From a bacterium (GTDB taxonomy: Bacteria; Electryoneota; Electryoneia; Electryoneales; Electryoneaceae), in the NCBI GenBank assembly GCA_963675295.2, contig CAXXKJ010000002.1, positions 1,568,001 through 1,632,000 of the forward strand: a stretch of DNA of 64,000 nt, given 5' to 3'. Position 1 is the stretch's first letter. The number at the start of each line of letters is the position of its first letter. The translations under genes and the position numbers were made by a program. The notes under the pieces are model-generated. The model had not been told where the DNA came from, did not search any database, and was given only the letters and a program-made list of their open reading frames with translations. This document shows, piece after piece, positions 9,106-18,687 of the stretch.

Positions 9106-10506
9106 TTAGCCGTGGATCGCGCGTTTGTCGACGGCGAGCGCGGTTTCCTTGATGATTTCGGCCAGGGTCGGGTGCGCATGCGAGGTGTACGCGACATCCT
9201 CCCACGACGCCTTGAACTCCACCGCCAGCGCGAGCTCGGCGATCATGTCGGACGCGCGTGCGCCGACAATCCCAGCGCCGAGGATGCGGTCGGTCTCGGC
9301 ATTGACGACGATCTTCGCCTGGCCGTCAGGCTCGTTCATGGTCAGCGCGCGGCCGTTGCCACGGTAAAGGAACTTGCCGGACTTGGTCTTGTAGCCCTGC
9401 TTCTTCGCTTCGTCCTCGGTGATGCCGACCTGTGCCAGCTCGGGCCAGGTGTAAACGATGTTCGGGATGGCGTCGTAATTGACATGTCCCGGTTCGCCGG
9501 CGATCAGTTCGGCGACCGCGATGCCTTCCTCTTCGCCCTTATGCGCCAGCATCGGGCCGCGCACGATGTCGCCGATGGCGTAGACGCCGTCCACGTTGGT
9601 GCGGAAATGGTCGTCGATCTTGACGCGTGGGCCATCCATCTCGACACCGGCGTCCTCGAGGCCGCAGTCCTCGGTGTACGGGACACGTCCGACGGAAACC
9701 AGCACCACCTCGCCCTTGAGTTCGCCGCTCTCGCCCTTTTCGTTCTCCCAGCTGAGCTTGGCCTGGGTCTTCTGCACCTCGGCGGCGGTGACCTTGGTCG
9801 AGAGCATGAAGGTCAAGCCCTGGGCTTCCAGTGACCGTTGCAGCGCCTTGGACAGCGACTTGTCGGCGAACGGCGTGATCTGCGGGAGCATCTCGACGAC
9901 GGTCACCTCCGCGCCGAGCCTGCTCCACACTGATCCCAATTCGAGCCCGACCGCGCCGGCACCGATGACGATCATCGACTTGGGTACCTTCTTGAGCTCG
10001 AGCGCTTCGGTGGAGCTGATGATGCGCTTGCCGTCGAATTTCATGAACGGCAGTTCGACCGGCTTGCTGCCCATCGCAAGGATGATGTGTTTCGACTCGA
10101 TCCCGGACTTCTTGCCGTCCTTATCCTCGAGTTCGAGCTTGCCGGGGCCCTTGAGACGGCCACGACCCTTAAGCACCGTGATCTTGTGCTTTTTCTCGAT
10201 GATCATGCGGACGCCGTCGGTGAGCTGTGTGACGACGTTCCGCTTGTTCTCGAGCATCTTCGCGATGTCGGCTTTGACGTCCTTCACGATGACGCCCTGC
10301 TCGGCGAATTTGTGCTGCACGTCGGCGTAGTGTTCGCTGGCCTCGAGCATCGCCTTGGACGGAATGCAGCCGATGTTAAGGCACGTGCCGCCAAGGGAGT
10401 CCCACTTCTCGATCAGCGTGACCTTGAAGCCGAGTTGCGCGGCGCGGATGGCGGAAACGTATCCGGCCGGTCCAGCGCCGATGACGGTGTAGTCGAAGGA
10501 TGGCAT
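9106..10506 (-). CDS. lpdA: Dihydrolipoamide dehydrogenase (E3)
   Basis: GAGPAG, GGTCLNIGCIPSK, GPMLAHK, HAHPTLAE. Confidence 0.97.
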   Translation of the reverse strand: MPSFDYTVIGAGPAGYVSAIRAAQLGFKVTLIEKWDSLGGTCLNIGCIPSKAMLEASEHYADVQHKFAEQGVIVKDVKADIAKMLENKRNVVTQLTDGVRMIIEKKHKITVLKGRGRLKGPGKLELEDKDGKKSGIESKHIILAMGSKPVELPFMKFDGKRIISSTEALELKKVPKSMIVIGAGAVGLELGSVWSRLGAEVTVVEMLPQITPFADKSLSKALQRSLEAQGLTFMLSTKVTAAEVQKTQAKLSWENEKGESGELKGEVVLVSVGRVPYTEDCGLEDAGVEMDGPRVKIDDHFRTNVDGVYAIGDIVRGPMLAHKGEEEGIAVAELIAGEPGHVNYDAIPNIVYTWPELAQVGITEDEAKKQGYKTKSGKFLYRGNGRALTMNEPDGQAKIVVNAETDRILGAGIVGARASDMIAELALAVEFKASWEDVAYTSHAHPTLAEIIKETALAVDKRAIHG

Positions 10507-11106
10507 GGTAATCGGTTCTCGGTTTTCGGTAGTCGGTACTCGGTTAACAGATACCGCAAGATCCTGCTCACGCCTGTGGCGTGTCAGGATGACTTCTTTT
10601 TCACCACGGATTCAAGATGACTTCTTTGTTGCCGCGGACTTAGGATGACTTGTTACTTACCACGGACTTAAGTCCGTGGTAAGTAAAACGTTTGGAATCC
10701 GATTCGAAGCGGGATCTTCTTCACTTCTCTTCGTTCCGTTCAGAATGACGCGCGTTGTTATCTTCTTCTCAGTCCACAGTCCACAGTCCACAGTCCACAG
10801 TCCGCAGTCCGAAGTCCGAAGTCCGCTACTCTGATCTAGCAGGTTCTACGTCTGCCCCGACGAGCTTGCTCGTCGGGATTATCCGTGCTTTCCAGCAAGC
10901 AGAACCTCGTCTCCGATGCACCCACATCAGCTTTCCGATACGGATGATCCGCGTCAGCAAGCTGACACGGCCACTTTGTTCATTCGTCGCTACAGCCCAT
11001 GGCTCATAGCCTACAGCCCTGTTTTTTCTCAGGACTCAAGACTCACGTCTCAGGACTGGTTTTGAGGTTTTACTCACCACTCAGAGCTCATGGCTCACAG
11101 CTGTTT
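10507..11106. repeat. Composite intergenic repeat region (heptamers plus several REP-like palindromes)
   Basis: 34-bp perfect palindrome at 10653-10686, (AGTCC[A/G]N)x8 at 10771-10826, TCACTTC...GTTCAGAATGAC at 10712-10750, CCCGACGAGC-TT-GCTCGTCGGG at 10850-10880, further heptamers at 10990-11102. Confidence 0.85.
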
Positions 11107-12408
11107 TCACACCCCAAACATCATCCGTTCCGGGTTCTCGATGCAGTCCATGATGCGTTTCAGGAATGTCACTGACTCGCGGCCGTCGATGACACGGTGG
11201 TCGTACGACATCGCGAGGTACATCATCTGTTTAACGACGATCTCGCCGGTTTCTTCGTCCACCATCGGGCGTTTCTTGATCCCGTGCATGCCGAGGATCG
11301 CGCTCTGCGGCGGGTTGAGGATCGGTGTCGAAAGCAGCGAGCCGAACACGCCACCGTTAGTGATGGTGAAGGTGCCGCCCTGCAGGTCGTCGAGTCCGAT
11401 CTTGCCTTCACGCGCGCGTTTCGCGTAGTCGGCGATCGCCAGCTCGACCTCGGCGAAGGACAATTTGTCGGCGTCACGGATGACCGGGACCATCAGCCCA
11501 CGGTCGGTGCTGACGGCGATGCCGATGTCGTAGTAGTGGTTTTCGACGAAGTCGTCACCGTCGATGAAACGGTTGACTTCGGGGAAGCGCTGTAAGGCAT
11601 CGACCACAGCCTTGACGAAGAAGCTCATCACGCCGAGCTTGATGCCATATTCCTTCTCGAAGCTGTCCTTGTACTGGCCACGCATCGCCATCAGCTTGCC
11701 CATGTCCACTTCGTTGAAGGTGGTGAGCATCGCGGTGGCGTTCTTCGCCTCGAGCAGACGCTGGGCGATCCGTTTGCGGATCTGCGTCATCGGCACACGG
11801 GTCTGGCGTTCCGAGGGATCACGCTTCGGCTGTTCTTTCGGCTTCGGCGCGGGCTTGGCGTCGGACTTGGCCGGGGCGTCTTTCTTCGGTTCCGGCTTGG
11901 CTTCGGCGGCGGGCTTGCTGTCCGTGCTGTTGAGGAAGTTCTGCACGTCCTCTTTCAGCACACGTCCGCCCTTTCCGGTGCCTTCGATCTTCGACGGATC
12001 GAGCTTATGCTGCTGCACCATGCGGCGCGCGGCGGGCATCAGACGGTCATCGTCCGGAGCGGATTCGGGTTCTTCTTTGGCGGCAGGTTCGGATTCCGGT
12101 TCGGCTTCTTCAGCGCCGGTATCTGCCTCGTCCTCGGCGGGGGCTTCGTCCTTGGATGGCGCAGATCCCGCGCCGTCGGGGTCGATGGTACCGACAACCT
12201 GGCCGATCTGCACGGTCTCGTCCTCGCCGACCTGAATCTTGACCAAACCGCCGGTTTCCGCCTGGACGGTCATCGTGATCTTGTCGGTCTCGAGTTCGAA
12301 CAGGGCGGCTTCCGCTTCGACGGTGTCGCCGTCCGCAACGTGCCATTCGACGATCACGCCTTCGGTGATCGATTCGCCGACTTCCGGAACCTTGATATCG
12401 ATTGCCAT
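11107..12408 (-). CDS. sucB: 2-oxoglutarate dehydrogenase E2, dihydrolipoamide succinyltransferase
   Basis: Lipoyl ETDK, GTGKGGRVLKEDV, TAMLTTFNEVDM, SYDHRVIDG. Confidence 0.97.
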   Translation of the reverse strand: MAIDIKVPEVGESITEGVIVEWHVADGDTVEAEAALFELETDKITMTVQAETGGLVKIQVGEDETVQIGQVVGTIDPDGAGSAPSKDEAPAEDEADTGAEEAEPESEPAAKEEPESAPDDDRLMPAARRMVQQHKLDPSKIEGTGKGGRVLKEDVQNFLNSTDSKPAAEAKPEPKKDAPAKSDAKPAPKPKEQPKRDPSERQTRVPMTQIRKRIAQRLLEAKNATAMLTTFNEVDMGKLMAMRGQYKDSFEKEYGIKLGVMSFFVKAVVDALQRFPEVNRFIDGDDFVENHYYDIGIAVSTDRGLMVPVIRDADKLSFAEVELAIADYAKRAREGKIGLDDLQGGTFTITNGGVFGSLLSTPILNPPQSAILGMHGIKKRPMVDEETGEIVVKQMMYLAMSYDHRVIDGRESVTFLKRIMDCIENPERMMFGV

Positions 12409-12429
12409 GACTTCGCTCTCTCTGAAATC

Positions 12430-12515
12430 GCAACGGATGCAAAAGACGCAACAGATGCAACTGACGAAACAAGTAACGTTTGATGATCCCGACCAGCAAG
12501 CTGGTCGGGGCAAAC
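12430..12515. repeat. Nonamer tandem repeat (GCAACAGAT-like) plus GATCCCGAC...GTCGGGGCAAAC palindrome
   Basis: gcaacggat gcaaaagac gcaacagat gcaactgac; palindrome at 12485-12515. Confidence 0.8.
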
Positions 12516-12581
12516 TTCAGACTTCGACCGCTGACCGGAGAACGGTCAATGAGAATCGCCCAGCGGAACTGGGCGGTAAAG

Positions 12582-15545
12582 TTAGTTTGCGCTCTTGGCT
12601 TTCGCTTTCTTCTTCGGGGCCTCGGAGGAACTCTTCTTCGGCGTCTCAGAAGAACTCTTGTCCACTCCCTTGTTGGCTCCGTTGCCCTGGCCGTTCGTGT
12701 GCAGAAGCTGGTCGAACGAATCCGGCAGCACGGTCTCGTCCTGAATCCGTTCGGACGATGTCAGTGCCATGTCAATGATCAGCTGTTGTTCCTGCCGGTG
12801 CCGGTTGAGCGAACCGGTCGCCGGGCTGGCGGCGTACGCTCGGCCGACATAGCGAATCTTCAGCTCGGGGAAGAGGTGGCGTAGCAACGGGTACATGAAG
12901 GTCCAGCCGCCACGGTTCTTCGTCTCTTCCTGCACCCAGACCAGCTCTTTCGCGTTGCTGTATCGGCCGACGATTTCCCGCAGCAGATCGTCCCGTGTCG
13001 GATAAAACTGTTCGACACGGATCAGGGCGGCGTCCTTGAGATCGTCCTCGTCCCGCTTTTCCGCGAGGTCGTGATAGATCTTCCCGCTGCACAGTATGAT
13101 GCGCCGGGCCTTCAGGGGTTGCTTCGGATCGTCGAGGATCTCGTGGAACTGGCCGTCCACGAGTTCGTCAATGGTCGATACCGCGCGCTTGTCACGCAGC
13201 ATGCTCTTCGGCGCCATGATGATCAACGGCTTGCGGAACGGCTGCCGGATCTGACGGCGCAGCGCGTGATAGTACTGTGCCGGGGTGGACAGGTTGCAGA
13301 CCTGGATATTTTCCTCGGCGCAGGCGGCGAGGTAGCGTTCGAGGTATGCGTTCGAGTGTTCCGGTCCCTGGCCCTCGTAGCCGTGCGGCAACAGCAAGAC
13401 GAGGCCGCTGTTGCGTTGCCACTTCGACTCGCTGGAGGTGATGAACTGGTCGACGATCATCTGCGCGCCGTTGGTGAAGTCGCCGAATTGCGCTTCCCAA
13501 TGGATTAACATGCGCGGCTCGGCGAGCGAGTAGCCGTACTCGAAGCCGAGGATTGACTGTTCCGCCAACGGGCTGTTGTAGGCGCAGAAATGGCCCTGCT
13601 CCTCGGCGATGCTGTTGAGCGGGAGGTAGCGTTCGGCGGTGTCGGTGTCAACCCAGCCGGAATGGCGCTGGGAGAACGTGCCGCGGATGCTGTCCTGACC
13701 TGACAAACGGACCGGCGTCCCTTCCTGCAGCAGGGTACCCCAGGCCAATGATTCGGCGAACGACCAGTCGACCGGACCGTTCTGTTCGAACGCTTCGACG
13801 CGTTTCGGCAGCTGCCGGGCGATCTTGCGGTTGATGTTGAAGCCGTCCGGGACAGTGGTCAGTGCCTTGACCACCTTACCGAGGTCTTCCCGCGTCACCC
13901 GGGTGTCGACAGGTTCACGGGTGTACTTGCCTTCCAACCCTTTCCAGTAATCATCGTAGGCCTGGACTTCGAGTTCGGTAACCTCGCTGCGGGCGTATTC
14001 GAAGTGACGCTGCAGTTGTGTCTGCAGATCATCGGTGATCTTCTCGGCGTCTTCCTTTGTCAGCACCTTTTCGTCGAGCAGATGCTTCGTATAAATCTCA
14101 CGTGTGGACGGGTGCTTCTTGATCTTCGCGTACAGTTTAGGCTGGGTGAACGCCGGTTCGTCGCCCTCGTTATGGCCGTGCTTGCGGTAGCAGAGCATAT
14201 CGACGACGACATCCTTGCCGAATTCCTGCCGGTACTTCAGCGCGAGGTCCATCGCGTAGACGACCGCTTCCGGATCGTCGCCGTTGACGTGGAAGATCGG
14301 CGCGTCAATCATCCGCGCGATGTCGGTGGAATAGGGCGAGGAACGCGAATCGGACGGATCGGTGGTGAATCCGATCTGGTTGTTGATGATGACATGCACC
14401 GTGCCGCCCGTGGAATAGCCCTTGAGCTGGGACATGTTGAGCGTTTCCGCGACCATGCCCTGCCCGGCGAATGCGGCGTCACCATGCACCAGCAGGCCGA
14501 GCACCTTCTTGCGGTTCTCGACATCACCACGCTGCCGTTGTTTCGCCCGCACCTTGCCCAACGCGACCGGGTTAACCGCTTCGAGGTGGCTCGGGTTGGC
14601 GGTAAGGCTGAGGTGGACCGACCGTCCCCAACGATTGCGGTGTTCGCTGCTGTAGCCCTTGTGGTACTTGACGTCTCCGTCGCCGCCATACGCTTCGGAG
14701 AGCATCGCCCCCTCGAACTCGGAGAAGATCATTGCGTATGACTTGTCGAGGATGTTGCTGAGGAAGTTGAGCCGGCCACGGTGGGCCATGCCGATGACGA
14801 TCTCCTCGATATCGTGTTCCGGGGCCTGTTCGACGAGATGGTGCACGCCGGGAATAACCGCTTCGGCGCCTTCGAGGCTGAACCGTTTCTGGCCGGGGTA
14901 GCGTGTCTGGATGAAGCTTTCGAAGATTTCGGCGTCAGTGAGGTGCGAGAGGATTTCGAGCTTGTCGTCCTGGTCGAGATTGGGCTGGTTCTGGTTCGGC
15001 TCCATCTGGGCCTGCAACCAGCGCCGCACCTCGATATTCTCGATGTGAGTGTATTGCACGCCGATGTGGCCGCAGTAGGTTGCTTTCAGGGCGTCGATGA
15101 TCTCACGCAACGACAGCCGGTCAGGGACATGCAGGTGCCCGGTGTCGAACTCACGGTCGAGGTCGGCCTCGCTGAAACCGAAGTTCTCGATGGAGAGGTC
15201 AACCGCGCCGGCGTCCGGCGACTGCAGCGGGTTGATGTCGGCGATCATGTGGCCGAGACTGCGGTAAGCGTAGATCAGGCTGGCAACACGTGACTGTGCT
15301 GCGGCTTCGTCGGCGGAATAGCCCTGCGCCGAACCCGGAGCGGTTGCACCGGCGGGCGCACCGTCCTGCTCAGACTGCATCCCCTGGGCGAACTTGAATC
15401 CCTTGAAGAAGAACTGCCAGGTTTCGTCCACCGATTCCGGGTCTTCCAGCCAGCGTTGATACTGCTGGTCGACGTATTCCGCGTTGTCCAGTCCGAGGCC
15501 GGACAGGTTGATCAGGTCCGTTGAGGCGTTTTTCTCATCCGCCAC
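12582..15545 (-). CDS. sucA: 2-oxoglutarate dehydrogenase E1
   Basis: KRFSLEG, GMAHRGRLN, NPSHLE, HGDAAFAGQG, GHNEGDEP, LPHGYEGQGPEHS. GTG start chosen after AGGGGG. Confidence 0.97.
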   Translation of the reverse strand: MADEKNASTDLINLSGLGLDNAEYVDQQYQRWLEDPESVDETWQFFFKGFKFAQGMQSEQDGAPAGATAPGSAQGYSADEAAAQSRVASLIYAYRSLGHMIADINPLQSPDAGAVDLSIENFGFSEADLDREFDTGHLHVPDRLSLREIIDALKATYCGHIGVQYTHIENIEVRRWLQAQMEPNQNQPNLDQDDKLEILSHLTDAEIFESFIQTRYPGQKRFSLEGAEAVIPGVHHLVEQAPEHDIEEIVIGMAHRGRLNFLSNILDKSYAMIFSEFEGAMLSEAYGGDGDVKYHKGYSSEHRNRWGRSVHLSLTANPSHLEAVNPVALGKVRAKQRQRGDVENRKKVLGLLVHGDAAFAGQGMVAETLNMSQLKGYSTGGTVHVIINNQIGFTTDPSDSRSSPYSTDIARMIDAPIFHVNGDDPEAVVYAMDLALKYRQEFGKDVVVDMLCYRKHGHNEGDEPAFTQPKLYAKIKKHPSTREIYTKHLLDEKVLTKEDAEKITDDLQTQLQRHFEYARSEVTELEVQAYDDYWKGLEGKYTREPVDTRVTREDLGKVVKALTTVPDGFNINRKIARQLPKRVEAFEQNGPVDWSFAESLAWGTLLQEGTPVRLSGQDSIRGTFSQRHSGWVDTDTAERYLPLNSIAEEQGHFCAYNSPLAEQSILGFEYGYSLAEPRMLIHWEAQFGDFTNGAQMIVDQFITSSESKWQRNSGLVLLLPHGYEGQGPEHSNAYLERYLAACAEENIQVCNLSTPAQYYHALRRQIRQPFRKPLIIMAPKSMLRDKRAVSTIDELVDGQFHEILDDPKQPLKARRIILCSGKIYHDLAEKRDEDDLKDAALIRVEQFYPTRDDLLREIVGRYSNAKELVWVQEETKNRGGWTFMYPLLRHLFPELKIRYVGRAYAASPATGSLNRHRQEQQLIIDMALTSSERIQDETVLPDSFDQLLHTNGQGNGANKGVDKSSSETPKKSSSEAPKKKAKAKSAN

Positions 15546-15772
15546 GGGAGCCCCCTGAGCGTGTGTTCGCTGCGTGCGTGACAAGTTGTATCCTGCTCAC
15601 GCAGAACTTGCAAGATAGATTCCTGCGATGCTGTGCGATTGCGGAGCACAGATCGCCCGCGGAGGTGGATCTCCTTCGCGGGCGTAAAAATTAGGAATCA
15701 CTAAGATAAGGTGCGGAGCTCAGGAAAGAGAACTCCTCAACGCGAACGGGGAGAACCCGAGCGCACCATGTC

Positions 15773-16612
15773 TCAGGTCGAGATCAGCGGACGGTAGAGG
15801 TCGACCCGGCGATCGTTGAGACGATGATTGTGCGGCGTGATCATCTTCTCATCGGCGAGGTTCAGGTCGATGGTCGCCAGTCCGACATGGTCCTGATCTT
15901 CCGGTGCGGACACGAGAATGTCGCCGCGCGGGCTCATCACCTGGCTCGCGCCGGTGAAGGTCAGGCTGCGGCCGACACGATCTTCACGTCCGATCCGGTT
16001 CGAGGTGATGGTGAAGACACCGTTCTCCACGCTGCGCGAATACATCGCCTTCTGGCAGTAGCGGAGGACGAGGTTCGACGGATGCGCGACGACTTCCGCA
16101 CCGGACAGCGCCAGCAGGCGGGTCGTTTCCGGGAACAGCCAGTCGAAGCAGATCATCAGGCCGATGCGTCCGGCTGGAGTCACGATCACCGGCGGCTGAT
16201 TGTGGGCCTTGTCGAACAGTTCCTTCTCACGGTCGAACAGGTGGATCTTACGGTAGGCATGCGCCATGCCGTCCGGGGTGATCAGGACGGCGGTGTTGAA
16301 AATGCGGTTGTGACGGGTATCTTTTTCCGGGAAACCGATCACGAGGGTGGTTTTCAGTTCACGCGCGAGGCCGGCCATTTTCTTGGCGGTGGGGCCGCTG
16401 TTGAACGGCTCAGCGTATTTTTCGACTTCATCCCGGTCCATGAACTCATAGCCGGTGGTTGCCAATTCGGGGAGCACGAGCAAGTCGGCGTCGGGCGCAG
16501 TGCGGATAAGTTCTTCCGCCATGTCAAGATTCTTCTTGACCTCACCGAATTCCGGTTTAAACTGCACATACCCAACTGTTTTCTCGCGTCTTTCCTTGGC
16601 AGGCTTGTTCAT
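15773..16612 (-). CDS. Carbon-nitrogen hydrolase (nitrilase superfamily)
   Basis: Catalytic triad motifs LPEL, YRKIHLF, ICFDW.FPE. Confidence 0.92.
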   Translation of the reverse strand: MNKPAKERREKTVGYVQFKPEFGEVKKNLDMAEELIRTAPDADLLVLPELATTGYEFMDRDEVEKYAEPFNSGPTAKKMAGLARELKTTLVIGFPEKDTRHNRIFNTAVLITPDGMAHAYRKIHLFDREKELFDKAHNQPPVIVTPAGRIGLMICFDWLFPETTRLLALSGAEVVAHPSNLVLRYCQKAMYSRSVENGVFTITSNRIGREDRVGRSLTFTGASQVMSPRGDILVSAPEDQDHVGLATIDLNLADEKMITPHNHRLNDRRVDLYRPLIST

Positions 16613-16731
16613 GGCTACTCCGTCTATCCTGAAAAATAATCTTGAAGTTACGAATCCCGAACTTTTTCCCGGAACGAATCCCACGGTGCGTAAACCACAC
16701 CAGATCGCTTAGAATGCGATAAGAATCACAA

Positions 16732-16886
16732 GGTGGGTAACCGCCTGGACCCATCGGGGTATGTGAACTGCGTGTCAGCAGAAAGCCTCGGAGTACACGT
16801 ACGTCAAACAGATACTCCCGTGTGTTTGGTCAGTTCCAGCCGGGGCTCCTGATCACGAATCCGGGAGGATACGACAAACCCGCACC
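16732..16886 (-). ncRNA. ssrS: Candidate 6S RNA
   Basis: About 155-nt intergenic long hairpin with terminal GGTG.GGGT/ACCCACC pairing, GGATTC/GGGTCC stem, central bubble, GAACTG/CAGTTC and GGAGTA/TACTCC stems. Confidence 0.55.
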
Positions 16887-16965
16887 ATTTCGCAAGTTTC
16901 GGGCATCGCGTTAGAAACTCGTTCACGCTTAACGCGGGAAATCGTACCGAGATCCGCGCCTCCAC

Positions 16966-18522
16966 TCAGTTTTCGTCCATCAGGCGCTTCGAGCCAGCCA
17001 GTTTGCGGATTTGGCTAACATCCTGAACCGATTCAAGGCAGCCGAGGTAGGTTCCGTCCTCGTCGCGCACCGCATCGTAGCGGATAAATATGAACTTCCC
17101 GCCGAAGTCATCCATCCAGAATTGAGCTGTTTCCCGGGTTCCTGCTTTCATTTCGCTGAGGATGCGGTTAACCATGTTGAGACTTTTGGGCGGGTGGCAG
17201 TTCTGCACCTTGCGTCCGATCACGGCGGGTGTGCGCGGGAAGATTTTGTCCGTGACGCCGGTAAAATAGCAGACCTCGTCGTTCTCATCCACGAAAGACA
17301 GCTCCACCGGAAGCGCGAGCAGGATGCGGTCGAGCTGCTTCCCAGTGAGATGGCCGTGGGTGATGACCACAGAATCAGCATTCGCCGCTGCGTTTTTGCG
17401 GTAGGCCGGTTCGTTGTCGGCATCCGTCTCCTCGGCAAACAACGGGTGATGCTGCTTGAAGTGGTCGGACGCGGTTTGCTGCACAGGTCCTGGCATCTTG
17501 ATTCGTGGCGACCACTCATCACCACGTTCGACCAGCGTGAAGCCGAGTTCTTCTTCCTGCTTGTAAATGTCGGCCCAGTGCTCGTGCTGCAACATCTCGA
17601 TGGAGGTGGGCAGCAGGATGGTCTCCTCCTTGGTCACCATGTCGTCGATTTTGGTCAACAGCGGCGGCAGTTGCGATGCAAGAGCGGCGGTATCCGTGTC
17701 TTCCAGCGCCTGGCCGGCGGCTTTCAATCCGGCGCGGATCTCATCATGGATCGCCCACATCACTTTGCTCGGACCTTCAAAGCCTTCGCGTTCCAGCTTC
17801 GGGAAGAGCAGGTTTTCCTTGCGCAGGTAGTGGCGTTCGACTTGCTGCAGGAGGGGGAGCTGGTCGTTCAGGGCGGCAACCAGCTTGTCCGGGTCGCCGG
17901 AGTGAGATTCGACAGCTTGCCGGATCGACTGCGTAATCTCCTTCAGAGCGAGATTTTCCGCGACGAACGTATAGACCGGATGGCCGGGAGTTTGTTCGGC
18001 AACCTGGGTTCCGGCTGCTCCTTCGCCCATGATGCTGACGTGCACATCGCACAGCTCCTGGATCATTTCAACGGGCAGTCCCTCGCTGATCAACTGCTGT
18101 TCCATCAGCGCGATGTCTTTCGCCGGGACAGACCCGAATTGATGCTGGAATCTCTCCTTCGCCGATTCCATCGTTTCGTTGCCGGCATGGAGAGAGAGGA
18201 TTAAAGCCTTGAGGTCGTCCAGCTGCTGCTGATCGTCGGCGACAGGCTTGCCAGGATCGACCTGAACCTCAACCTGCTCGTGTTCACGGATCGCCCCGGC
18301 GACGACGGCAAGCAGATCCTCCAGCTTGAGGCTGCCCATCGCGGCGGCACGGCGGAGAGTTGCGACACGGCCGATGGTGTTGCGCATCAGTGGATTCTTC
18401 AGCGCCTTGAAGTTGCTGGACAGCTCAATCAGCCGGTCCGCGAGCCACGGGTAGTCGCGGAGCAGATCGTGGATTCGTGTATCGGCTGAAATCGTTACGG
18501 GCGTGCGGTTATCGTTACTCAT
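16966..18522 (-). CDS. DUF1858/DUF438 + hemerythrin-like + PAS domain protein
   Basis: LKNPLMRNTIGRVATL, MEQQLISEG...LCDVH, GHPV..F..EN, HYLRKENLLFP, VMWAIHDEIR, IGRKVQNCHPPKS. Confidence 0.88.
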   Translation of the reverse strand: MSNDNRTPVTISADTRIHDLLRDYPWLADRLIELSSNFKALKNPLMRNTIGRVATLRRAAAMGSLKLEDLLAVVAGAIREHEQVEVQVDPGKPVADDQQQLDDLKALILSLHAGNETMESAKERFQHQFGSVPAKDIALMEQQLISEGLPVEMIQELCDVHVSIMGEGAAGTQVAEQTPGHPVYTFVAENLALKEITQSIRQAVESHSGDPDKLVAALNDQLPLLQQVERHYLRKENLLFPKLEREGFEGPSKVMWAIHDEIRAGLKAAGQALEDTDTAALASQLPPLLTKIDDMVTKEETILLPTSIEMLQHEHWADIYKQEEELGFTLVERGDEWSPRIKMPGPVQQTASDHFKQHHPLFAEETDADNEPAYRKNAAANADSVVITHGHLTGKQLDRILLALPVELSFVDENDEVCYFTGVTDKIFPRTPAVIGRKVQNCHPPKSLNMVNRILSEMKAGTRETAQFWMDDFGGKFIFIRYDAVRDEDGTYLGCLESVQDVSQIRKLAGSKRLMDEN

Positions 18523-18610
18523 GAATCGCTGTTCCTTAGCTACGGGTTGTGTTGCTGGTAGAAGGATACAGCGAATCGGTCCGAACGGAATTGACGAATG
18601 CAAAAACGGC

Positions 18611-18663
18611 AAACTCCACCCGGAGTCAGGACAAATGGCGATTCGTGACTCAGGGTGGAGTTT
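18611..18663. terminator. Long hairpin, possible terminator or processing site
   Basis: AAACTCCACCC.GAGTCA ... TGACTC.GGGTGGAGTTT. Confidence 0.5.
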
Positions 18664-18687
18664 CAGTAACGATGGGATGTAAGCGGA

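Noticed and set aside
10583-10690. CRISPR-like array
   Set aside because: The units are degenerate tandem repeats of about 28 bp with no unique spacers, and no cas genes are in the window.
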